64,000 nucleotides of DNA from Eledone cirrhosa (Eukaryota): positions 100,192,001 to 100,256,000 of the forward strand of contig OZ024740.1 in NCBI GenBank assembly GCA_964016885.1, read 5' to 3'. This document shows, piece after piece, positions 13,246 to 24,077 of the stretch. The stretch's first letter is position 1; each line of letters opens with the position of its first letter. The notes below the pieces were generated by a model. It saw only the letters and a program-made list of their open reading frames with translations, did no database searches and was not told the origin of the DNA. The position numbers and the translations under genes are program-made.

Positions 13246-14595
13246 ATGTCTGGAAAGCAACAAATGAAACCAACAGAATCAGAAAGAATTCTAAAGGAGA
13301 TATCATCGAAATTATCAACACTTATCACGATGATGGACACACAATCCTCTAATTTAAAGGAAATAGAAAAACAATCTACAGACGGAAAACTTATAACTGA
13401 ACATATAAACTCTGAAATTAAGAATTTAGCTGAAATTATACCAACAGTTATCAAAGATACAAGAGAAAGCCTACCACAACCCCCTTGGTTGTCAGAAATA
13501 AACGAAAGAAATTTGGAAAACAAAACACATCGAATAAGAAAAGAAATGTGGAAGACATGGAAAAAATTCCTTAACATAAGAAAACAAAATTTCTGGAAAG
13601 CATACAGATGCGAAAAATATGTCGAAACACATTCGAAATGGCTCTCTCTAACGGCACCCATACTCCCTCGTAAATACCTAATTACAGAAATTGCAGGAGA
13701 ACCAGAAGAAGAAACAAAACTCCGATGGGAACTTACATTGACAAAATTCAGGACCGTCATCTCCATTTCTGAATGTAAACAATCCCGCTACAAAGCCAAA
13801 TATGAAGCTATTGATGACCAAATTGAAGTTAAAATTTCAAAGCTAACGACTGGTATTATAGCTGAAAAACTACGAGAACTATGGATCGGAGATATCTCAA
13901 AAGAAGAAAACAAATCAAGAAAGGTATGGCAGCAGAAACAATTATTTCTCGATGAATAAGCTGCGAATTACGATAAAGACTCTGGAACCCTGAGAAAAAG
14001 CATTAAAAGTGGACAATCTCATCAACACAACATACGCCAGAACACGTGCCAACACAAACACTCACCCTACCTTGAATCAAAGAAGAACTACGGTAATAAC
14101 TCTTCGCTTTTTCTACAAAAACACCCTATCGCACACAACATGAACAAAAAGCACAAACACGATAGGTATTCCTTTGACCAGACCATGAGAAGTAGTAAAA
14201 CCAGGAGATCATTCTCAAGATCTCAACAGAGACTACCAACAAGGAATGTGGAAACAAAACGTAGAATAACCAGATCACTCTCAAGATCTCAACAGAGATT
14301 GCCCACAAGAAACTGGACGAAAAAACGATCTAAACCTGAAAACAAACCTAGGTCATTTTCCCAGATTGTTAAAAATAATGCTAACAGGAAGAAAAATAAT
14401 ATACAGAATACCAAAAATAGGACAAAATACATAACGAAACCAAATATAATATCACGACCAAAAGTTCATCAAGCGAACACCAACAGGAATATAAATCCTG
14501 AAAAGAGAAAAATTCATTTTTTAACGTCAGGACAACAAAAACCGGAAAAAGAAAAACTCCAGGAGGAAACATACCCAAAACAGCTGTACACGTAG
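13246..14595 (+). pseudogene. PLE ORF1, ~449 codons with one premature TAA (13957-13959)
   Basis: CCAAC-ATG start; listed ORFs 13246-13959 and 14140-14595 are in the same frame and the interval between them is open; heptad-like helical N-half; R/K/S-rich C-half with duplicated RS(F/L)SRSQQRLPTRN. Confidence 0.75.
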
Positions 14596-16829
14596 ATCCT
14601 AAAATAATTAATTTATCTAAAAGAGATCTTGACAATGATGAAATGCAAATTCTGTCAAAAGGACTGAAATTCACACCGACTCCAACAGTCAACCACCAAG
14701 AACTGAAGGAGGATACCCAAGAATTCTGTCGAAAATTACGTCTTGTAGAATTCTTCGCTGATAAAAATAATGAGAGTGATGAATGACTAGTAAAGAATAA
14801 ATCAAATTTCACTCCGCCAAAAGGAAGAAATATTTATCTCGACCAATACATTGACATCCTGTCTAAATTTCCTCTTAGACATAATACTAATGTTAGGCCA
14901 AACATTAACAAATCAGAAATGTCTGCACTTAAACGTATACAAAATGATAAAACAATAATAATTAAACAAGCAGATAAAGGGGGTGCAGTTGTTATAATGG
15001 ATACTGAATACTACAAGGATTTGGTTGAGGAACAACTGAAAGACACAACATTCTATCATGAAATACCGTCAAATATAGACCACAGCATCATGAAGAAGAT
15101 CAACAACCTGGCTTCAAAATACCACAACTCATTTACTGATTAGGAAAGAGACTACATCACCAATTTTGAGCCGAAACCCAGCAACCTGTATGGCCTACCG
15201 AAAGTTCACAAGTCAAAAGAAATACAACTGGCAGTAAGAGAACAAAACAGTGAGTACATTAAATTATTACACCCAAAAGACTTAAAACTTAGACCCATTA
15301 TAGCTGGTCCAACATGCCCCACTCACCGTCTAAGCAATTTTGTTGACATTATTTTGAAACCACTATGTATTCACATACCCAGTTTCATCCGGGATGATAT
15401 CGACTTCCTGTCCCATCTTCCCAAAACCACGGAAACGAATTCACTTCTACTCAGTTTTGATGTGGTAAGCCTTTACACCAACATTACACATGATTTAGGA
15501 ATAAAGGCGGTTAAATACTGGGTGGAAATACATAGAGAAGTGATTCCCATTAGATTCACAGCGCCATTTATATTAGACGCAGTTAAACTTATTCTGGAAA
15601 ACAACACTTTCTTCTTCAATGGAAAGAATTACATCCAAATTAGAGGCACAGCGATGGGAACGAAGTTTGCTCCCGTTTACGCGAACTCTGTAATGGGATA
15701 CTTAGAACAACAACTCTACCAAGAAATAGAGGAAAAATATAGTACTGACTTTAGAAAGTACATTGAAAAATCTTGGAAGAGATACCTTGACGACTGTTTC
15801 ATCATCTGGACAGAATCTCTAGATACTCTGGATGAGTTCAATATCCTCCTGAATAACCTACACCCATCTCTCCAATTCACAAAAGAGATGAGTAGGACCA
15901 AATTACCATTCCTAGATATAATGATAATCAAAAACGACACCACCATTACCACGGATATATATTATAAACACACAGACACCCATCAATATCTGAATTTTAA
16001 GTCGTGCCTTCTACCTCATACAAAACGCAACATCCCATACTGCCTAGCCAGAAGAATTTGTACCATTGTAGAAGATACGAATACCAGGTACAAACGCCTA
16101 ACAGAACTAAGAGAATTTTTGCTCAAACAAAAATACCCATCTCTACTTATAGAAAATGGCATACAGCGGGCTATAAAAATACCTATACAACAACTTAGAA
16201 CAACCCAAGGAAGAAGAAACCAAGAACTGGTCATACCATTTATAATGACACACAATCCATGTCACCAGAATATATTCAACACTGCCAAAGCAAACCTACC
16301 GATCATTGCTCAAAGTAATGAATTAAAAGGCTTAATCACAGATCGATCTTTGACTCTTAGTAAAAGACAGCCAAAAAATTTGAAGCAATTGCTAACAAAA
16401 GCAAAGTTTGACCTTAACAACAAAGACCAATCATTCACTGTATCTAAATGCAATGATAATCGATGCGGCACATGTCAATCCATACACGCCGGTCAATATA
16501 TGAAAACAAAAACTGGAAAAATATTCCCAAATGCAAATATGAACTGCAAAAGCAGAAATCTAATTTACAGCATTAAATGCCCGAATTGTGAAGAACTATA
16601 TGTCGGTCAAACTGGAAATGCACTATCGGAACGTGCACGGGTACACCGTCAACAAATCAGAGACCCAAATGTCCGTCAGATACCCCTAAGCGGCCACCTG
16701 GTAACATGTGGTCAGGGAATATTTATAATATTCCCATTCTACAAATTACACAGCCCAAGTGAAATCAAGAGAAAAATCAAAGAAAAGAATTTTATTGATA
16801 AATTCAAACCCAAGCTAAATGAACAATAA
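14517..16829 (+). pseudogene. PLE reverse transcriptase + GIY-YIG endonuclease (ORF2), stops at 14784 (TGA) and 15141 (TAG)
   Basis: One frame contains IINLS...ILSKGLKFTPTP, QADKGGAVVI, LYGLPKVHK, LRPIIA, FDVVSLYTNI, GTAMG, RYLDD, LPFLD, YYKHT, CNDNRCGTC, LIY-CPNC-YVGQT. Confidence 0.92.
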
Positions 16830-17040
16830 TAACGCCTAGGGCTATTACTTCTACTACCACTATGACCACGACCACTAACAACAACAACAACAACAACAAC
16901 AATAATAATAATAATAAAAGTGATATTGATGGTGATGATTAATAGAAAATGCTATTTTCATCATTTCAAAAAGCAAAACAATTGATACGTTGGGTATGAC
17001 TATTGGTCGTTAGCATCCTCAACCAGCCGTGACGCTTAAA

Positions 17041-17172
17041 CCAATCAGCTGTAGTAATTCAGTGAAACTACAGACTGATTGGTCGAAATACAGTTTACAG
17101 GGCTTTGCATTCTGGAGCCACTTTTCTCTGTATAAAATGTATAAAAGGTAGTAAATTTACCCATCTCATTAC
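17041..17172 (+). promoter_or_regulatory. Putative Pol II promoter at the element's 3' end (dyad CCAAT boxes, TATA, Inr-like)
   Basis: CCAATCAG...CTGATTGG dyad 17041-17082; TATAAAA at 17131 and 17140; TCATT at 17166; ~40 nt upstream of the hammerhead; mirror copy at ~9054-9185. Confidence 0.45.
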
Positions 17173-17209
17173 AGTTGAAAATTGCAAACTCGACTGTCAC
17201 CACATATCA

Positions 17210-17248
17210 TGAACCTGAAGATTGCGAAAGCATGAAAGTACTTGTTCA
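17210..17248 (+). ncRNA. Minimal hammerhead ribozyme (3' pLTR)
   Basis: Identical to 13001-13039. Confidence 0.75.
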
Positions 17249-17404
17249 ATTAACACTTAGAATTTAATATTCTATCATACTATTTCATTATAATACCATA
17301 TTATATGATATATATTTTAAAGGATTGTAAATAAAACGAGTAAATCAGACAAAGTTGGAATTCCTCTTATTAATATATATATATATATAGATATAGATTG
17401 ATAG

Positions 17405-18203
17405 ATAATACATTATAAAGAGAGAAGAAATATTAGATATAATTAATAAGATATACCATAACCAAATTCCTTCTTTACTCCTCGACTACGTAGTTTCGTG
17501 GCATATTATGCAAAACACTGCATCACAGAGATATAGAATTGTTGTGAGGTCTGCCGACTTATCAAGAGGATACTCATTAAGAGTTTCAAAACACATCCGT
17601 AGGACGCGAGATAGAATCTCGAAAGGCGGAGGGGGAGTCAATCATGTGATACAGCGGTCAAGAAACAGAGCTAAGCCTCTTACAACCATGAAAAAAATTC
17701 CACGAAGGTGGAGAGGGTATTTATATCAAAGCCGTAGAAGAGGTGGCTAAGGTGGCGAGAAGTGTAAGTAATGATAGCTTTCCAGCAGTCACTACACTTC
17801 AATAGTTACTCTACCAAAGGGAATTATAAACAATATACAGAAACACACAGATGCATGCGGACACATACATATACGGCTTTGATATAAGTACCCCCTCCGC
17901 CTCCGTGGTATTTTTTTCATGGTTGTAAGAGGCTTAGCTCTGTTTCTTGACCGCTGTATCACGTGATTGACTCCCCTCCGCCTTTCGGGATTCTAACTCG
18001 CGTCCTACGGATGTGTTTTGAAACTCTTAATGAGGTATCCTCTTGATAAGTCGGCAGACCTCACAAAAAGTTTATATCTCTGTGATGCAGTGTCTTTGCA
18101 TAATATGTCACGAACTACGTAGTCGAGGAGTAAAGAAGGAATTTGGTTATGGTATATCTTATTAATTATATCTAATGCTTCTTCTCTCTTTATAATGTAT
18201 TAT
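17405..18203. repeat. Inverted repeat, ~330 bp arms (17405-17736 / 17872-18203)
   Basis: Arms are reverse-complementary with scattered mismatches; contains a GAAAC-TACGTA-GTC hammerhead-like half; likely PLE terminal remnant. Confidence 0.8.
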
Positions 18204-18429
18204 ATAGCTCTGATACTGAATCAATCTAATCCATTCGGATTATTTTGTCATAGAGCAACATCGGTTGAGGTTGGCACCACTAATTAAAGGATATATGTGG
18301 ATATCTTCATGTATATGTATGTGCCCGGATGTATCTGTGTGTTTCTGTATATTGTAAACAAACATCCCGAATTAAGCCGTACAGTGTTTAGCAACCATCG
18401 TTGCCCTTTTGTTCAACACTGACAAAGGA

Positions 18430-18472
18430 ACGATGTACTAGTTTCAAGCTTATTAGCTATCGTCAGCACCGT
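18430..18472 (-). ncRNA. Minimal hammerhead ribozyme
   Basis: Minus strand ACGGTG CTGACGA TAGCTAATAAGCTT GAAA CTAG TA CATCGT. Confidence 0.75.
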
Positions 18473-18853
18473 ATACCTTCCTGCCAAATGATTGAACGTC
18501 TGAAAGTATATACTTTCCTAATGCATATTAACGGCTGAGCAGCCTAATTTTCATATCGAGTGAGTTAATCGGCCGGGCGCACCGAAAACGATAAATGGAA
18601 AAAATGAAACGAAATTTAAATTCTCACTCTTAGTACGGCTGTTACTTAAATATAAGTATGTATACGTACATACATATATGTATACAGATGTACAGTAGCA
18701 TGTACACATACATGCACACATATATATATGTACGTATGGATTTACCGAACATTTATTATAATGCTCGGTTTGTTTGTAAACAAACATCCATAATTAAGCC
18801 GTACAGTGTTTAGCAACCATCATTGCCCTTTTGTTCAACACTGACAAAGGTAT

Positions 18854-18896
18854 ACGGTGCTGACGATAGCTAATAAGCTTGAAACTAGTACATCGT
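18854..18896 (+). ncRNA. Minimal hammerhead ribozyme
   Basis: ACGGTG/CATCGT stem I, CUGACGA core, AGCT-AATA-AGCT stem II, GAAA, palindromic CTAG loop, GUA cleavage triplet. Confidence 0.78.
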
Positions 18897-19231
18897 TCCT
18901 TCGTCAGTGTTGAACAAAAGGGCAACGATGGTTGATAAACACTGTACGGCTTAATTCGGGATGTTTGTTTACAAACAAACCGAGCATTATAATAAATGTT
19001 CGGTAAATCCATACGTACATATATATATATATGTGTGCATGTATGTATATATATATACATACTACTGTACGTCTATATACATATATGTATGTACGTATAC
19101 ATACTTATATATATATATATATAGTTGTTATATAGTAAGGTGTATTATTGGTTGTGTCAAACGGTTCAATAAATTTTTGTTAGCAATATTAAGTTCTCCA
19201 CGCTTTTGTATATCTCCAATTCCATTTATGG

Positions 19232-20381
19232 TAGGGGGGGGTGATAATAATGGATTTTTTTCCGGGCCCCCTTTAAAATATGTAGTGACCCATACCATTC
19301 ACTGAAATCATACTAAAAATTTTTCCCGAGGGCCGGAATCCCCCTGTACATACCCCCTGAAGTTGAGGATGGTCGAAAAGAAGGACAAGTCCGCTATTAT
19401 TGCAGCTATACTCGATATTCTTGCGTCACAATGGGGGTTTTTGGGGTCGATAAACTCATTTATGGTATTGTTTTTGCATTACGACCATCCAATATAGCGG
19501 GTACAATAATTTTTCACTGCGAGAGTTATGTTGTCTCATGTACTAAATAGTTTCTCATGTTTAACGTCTACCGAATTCGTATTGCTTCCTTCTTTAGCCG
19601 AACTTGTATTTCCCTGTGATCTCACATGCACCATATCTTTCTTATTTTCAGATTAACGTCCAATTTTTTAAATGGCATACAGGCACACACAATTATCATT
19701 GCGAGCGTCCGCGAAGATTCCCGGTGAACTGGAATATGTGGAAACTGCAGGATTCCCCAATGGACTTCTACCCACAAAAAGGAATGTTATCACGAACATG
19801 ATGTATCTAATGCGACCATCACGAGCAGGCCAGAGTCAGAGACCAAAAGAAGAAGCAGCATTGTCCCTCTCATATGTGCTATCAGAACACTGGATTTCCT
19901 GTAACGTATATACAGTGACTATAAAACATATAAAACGGAAGATACTTCAATTATATGCAGAATTTCAACGACTATATCAAACGAGGAAGAACAGCAGAAA
20001 TGAAAAGTACTTGGAGGAGGTTAAACAAATTTAACAACGAAGTGGATTATATATTTGATATATTCTGCGAGAACGCCGTAGTAAGGAAGAGACTATAAAA
20101 TTACCACGGATTAGCATGACGAACGATGAGTGGGAATTCCTTCATGATCAGCACAAGGACCGTGAAATGTTTTGTGAGAATTTCATAGATAAAAAGTGGG
20201 AAAAGACAATGAAAAGGAGGAAAGGTGACATTGAATCTTTGGAAAGACAGATGCAGAGAGCTGAAAAAAAGCAAGAAATGATCCAATTGTTTATGGATGT
20301 GTCTTCGGACTCTACCGAAGAAATTAACACCCCCACCCACTATTTATGGGAACTGCTAGATGATGTAAAACGGAGTATTTG
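19232..20381 (+). mobile_element. 5' part of a DNA transposon (hAT/hATm-like), truncated
   Basis: TAGGGGGGGG-type terminus, CpG-rich subterminal region, acceptor-like TTATTTTCAG at ~19651, then frameshifted ORFs 19672-20034 and 20116-20430 (LPT..V..W..KI..LY..; FDI; EWEFLHDQ...R.M) resembling transposase N-termini; superfamily is tentative. Confidence 0.5.
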
Positions 20382-20777
20382 TATCAAAATAAAGATCCGA
20401 AGGCATGGTATACATTTCCAATCATTTTAATCACGACACATATTTCAATAAAAGATAGATCGATTATCACTGATCTCGTCAGGTGAAAAAGAATTGCCTT
20501 CAAATCCTTGAGATGAGGGAGAAAATTAACCATGTCCACTTACAGAATTTAGTCCCTCATATATGAGGGACTAAACTATGATGAGGGACTAAACTCTGTG
20601 AGTGAACATCGTTAATTTTATCCCTCATATCAAGGATTTGAAGACAATTCTTTTTCACCTGACGAGATCAGTGATAATCGATCATGGCTAAACGATCGAT
20701 CTATCTCTTATTGAAACATGTGTCGCGATTAAAATGATTGGAAATTTATACCATGCCTTCGGATCTTTATTTTGATA
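20382..20777. repeat. Fold-back inverted repeat (~185 bp arms) with a hammerhead motif in each arm
   Basis: TATCAAAATAAAGATCCGAAGG... / ...CCTTCGGATCTTTATTTTGATA; followed by long (TA)n. Confidence 0.85.
20655..20728 (+). ncRNA. Hammerhead-like motif (mirror at 20431-20486 on minus)
   Basis: TCAC CTGACGA GATC...long stem II... GAAAC ATGT GTC G(C/T)GA; GUC triplet. Confidence 0.6.
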
Positions 20778-20786
20778 TATATATAC

Positions 20787-20861
<75 letters not shown>

Positions 20862-21065
20862 CAAAAAGGAAAAGAAAATGCTGACAATTTTTCCCCAGTG
20901 AAAAATAGTATGTATATATATGTGTGTGTGTATACACAGATAACTTGCCATTCCGAGTTCAAATACCGCCGAGGTTAACTTTGCCTTTCATCCTTACGGG
21001 GTCGATAAAATAAAGTACCAGTAATACACTGTGTAATTGCTGACCTTGTGCCAAATGTAGAAACA

Positions 21066-21115
<50 letters not shown>

Positions 21116-21149
21116 TTTTTGCTTGATTTCCATTTTATTTCATCTTCCA

Positions 21150-22400
21150 GCTAGATCACAACCAGAGACCTCAGGCATGTATATATCAGGTAGAGGGAAA
21201 CTTCCTGAGAAGATGAGCAGTTGAAGTCAGCACAAAATATTGAACCTCGAAGATTGTTGGTTTCCCTGGGATCTGGTCAAAGAATATGTTATTATCTTTC
21301 ATAGGACACACACCACAACAGGGATGACTTTGGTTTCTAATTGCAACATCCTACATATCTCATCGTCTTTGTATTTCTCAAATTCTTTTGCTGGGAGTCT
21401 TCTATCAGTAGGTACCATCATATCAATTAACAGGCATGTTTTTTTATTGTATTTGGTTTTCGATGATGATGTCCAGTCTTTTAGCATTATTTACTTATCT
21501 GTATGTATACCATTTTAACATTTTTTCACTTAGTGACTGGCTGTGGATGGTGTTCATACCAGTTCTTAGCGTGTAGTATATAGTGACAGCATATATTCCA
21601 GTGCAAGTATTGGCCAAATTGATCGTGCCTGGTTTTCTATTCTGTAGGAGCAAGGACTGAATAACTGGCAACAATGTGGACACAACCCACAAGTTCGTCA
21701 TCGCAGAGTTTGCACTTTGTGCCTGCTCCATTGTGCAAGACATTCACTTGATAATTTTGAGTAAGGAGAATCTGACTTTGAGCCACTAGGATAAACCTTC
21801 TAGTTCGACTTTCAAACCAGTGCTATGCAGCCACTGATGGGTGCTTTTCATATCTATATCAGCTTCTTCCTCAGCTTGATATTTCCTTCAAGCTCTTCAG
21901 TTTGGCTTTTGTCATATACCTTTGTGTTATGCTTGTTATCATTGTCATAATAACTCTCACCTGTATTTTTATGCCTCCTTTGAGATTGAGTGCAGTTTCT
22001 TACCCTGTACATGTTATCATACCAACTTTATCATCCAATCAGTGTTACTTTTGGTGTACATTTGGAGCCCTATTGTGGTAATTTTATAGGTCATTTCAAG
22101 TTGGAATAGGCCTCTACCACCCTCCTTTCATGGGAGATAGAGTCTACGGATGTCTAAGTTTTGGGAGATGCACCCTGTTTAATGTCAGCTGTTTCTTACT
22201 CTTTATGTCCATATGTTGGAACACGTTCAACTTCCAGTTGATATCTTTAAGGCTGCCACTAGTGAGTTTATAGCTTGAATTCTATTCTAAGAGTTCAGCT
22301 CAGTGTTCAAGACCAGTCTAACATGTCTATAATATGCTTTCTTGATCTTCTTCATTGACCCATACTGAATATCTTTCCTTTCCTTTACATGAAGATACTT
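21150..22400 (-). mobile_element. Decayed non-LTR retrotransposon with RLE endonuclease (R4/Dong-like), copy 1
   Basis: Minus-strand DIRRLYLP*KEGGRGLFQL; KTCLLIDMMVP..KYKD...KVIPVVV. Confidence 0.7.
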
Positions 22401-22569
22401 ATATTTATTATTATTTGAAAGTTCATTTGAATTCTGCTTCTTTCTCATATTTTGCAAAGTGTCAACCTGAAACCTGAGGAAAAAATTGGTACAATCAATT
22501 CCTTAATGGCATATAATTCCTTAATGACAAATAATTCCTTAATGGCATAAACAACAGTAAATGTCTTTG

Positions 22570-23780
22570 CAAGGTATTTAAATTGATAATGCCCTTCTCA
22601 GGACATGGACAGTGCCAGTCAGCACACTGTTCTGTATCTCTTGCAGAGATGGTTTTCCAGGTATTTGGTCCAAATATTTTTCAGTTCTCTTTCTTATCAT
22701 TCCAAGTGCACCAACTATCACTGGTATTGTACAGGCTGTAAGACACATTTTCTCAATTTTAATTGTCAGATCTTTATATTTAATGAACTTTCCTAACCCT
22801 TTTGATGAGATATTAAAATCTGATGGAATGCTAATGTCAATTAAAAAACATGTTTTCTCTTTATGGTCCTTCACAATTATATCAGATGTGTTGGCTGTGA
22901 TTGTTCTGTCAGTATTCATGGGGAAATCCCATAAGATTGTCCCATTCTCGAGACACGTTACTGCAGCTGGGTGATGGTTGTAACATATTTCCTCTGTTCT
23001 TATACCATTCAACCAGAATATTACCCAGTGTAAATTTGAGAGTTTGATCTACATCAGGTTCTTTGTTATGGAGAACATACTGCCCATTGACCTTCATATT
23101 TTGCCAACGCTTTGATGTTCTTGACTTTAATTGCAGAGTTGCCATAATTTTCAAAATCTGTTCCCAATACTTCTACAAACTTCTTACTTTCCTTTTATGA
23201 TTGAATGTAACCTCTTCTTCTTTTTGTGATCTGCAACCATTTTTAGCATCTATAGTTTTAGCATCTGTAGTTTTAAGGTATCTATTGAATCCAATGATTG
23301 ATATTTTGCATGACAGCTCAAGCTAAATCATTCTTCTGCCTCTGTTTTATTTAGGGTGATAGAGGCTATCCGCATCTGACTGGGGGGGGGGGGGAGTGAA
23401 GTTTATTACAAGTCAGATGTTTCTTGATTATGGTGTCCATTTTCTTTATTTCAGTAATGTTCCAAATTATGATATTAAAACTGTAAGTGACAACAGGGAT
23501 TGCTTGAATGTTGTTTTGGCACATTTTCCCAATCCAATCGGCATCCTTATATCATCACTGAACACCTTAACTGTCTTAAACAATCCTTCCAATTTGCTGT
23601 CATTTTTGGCATACAGTTTCAAGTCATCCATATAAAACAGATTATTTATGGCTTTGCTGTCTATTTTGTAGCCATATTTTGTTTTGTTTAGCACTAAAGA
23701 CAGCAGTGTGAGTGCAATACAAAATATCAGCGGAGAATATGAATCACTTTGAAAAATATCACAGTTAATACTGGAAGTAT
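22570..23780 (-). mobile_element. Decayed R4/Dong-like non-LTR retrotransposon, copy 2
   Basis: RT motif LFYMDDLKLYA (23467-23694); RLE region ILWDF..TD..I.AN..DIIV...CFLIDI..P...KY.DL....IPVIVGALG (22578-23012). Confidence 0.8.
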
Positions 23781-24077
23781 GAGTGTCATAGTCTCACTAT
23801 GCTTCTTCTTCAATTTACCAGTTTAAAGAGAGCATGCTGAGTTCGTCAACTTTATTTGTTTGTAATGTCCTCTTGCACTCGATGTAGATTTTTCCTGGGC
23901 AGCCTCACCTTTTCTTGCTACTCTCTGGTAGAGAGCCAATCATGGTACTGGGCTGTTGTTTGCTTTTAGCCTATCCTGTAAAGTTGCAGAAACTGAACCA
24001 GAAATGATGTGGCTGTAAAACAAATATCCTACCAACATAGCAATACATTTTATGTGTGTGTATATATATATATATAT

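Larger units (their letters stand above)
13001..17377 (+). mobile_element. Penelope-like retroelement, right copy flanked by direct pLTRs (13001-13224 and 17210-17377)
   Basis: Direct terminal repeats starting at a hammerhead motif; ORF1 + RT + C-terminal GIY-YIG with CxxxxCxxC linker and CxxC...H...H (Neptune/Naiad-like architecture); ends in (TA)n. Confidence 0.92.
18348..19110. mobile_element. PLE-like pLTR cluster (minus-strand tandem pieces + inverted plus-strand copy)
   Basis: 18355-18425 is repeated at ~18775-18850; 18850-19110 is inverted; homologous to 3483-4050. Confidence 0.7.

Noticed and set aside
12441-13766. 179-aa ORFs at 12441(+) and 13227(-), and 143-aa ORFs at 11414/14381
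   Set aside because: Antisense shadows of PLE ORF1/ORF2, duplicated only because of the palindrome.
14784-14786. In-frame TGA in PLE ORF2 as selenocysteine (known in some Naiad PLEs)
   Set aside because: It is not at a conserved Cys position (context DE*LVKNKS, probably TCA>TGA). A TAG also interrupts the frame, and the 3' UTR hairpins lack a convincing SECIS quartet plus apical AA.
17481-17535. Intact hammerhead in the 17.4-18.2 kb inverted repeat
   Set aside because: GAAAC-TACGTA-GTC is present but the core reads CTGTGA in both arms and stems I/II are ambiguous.
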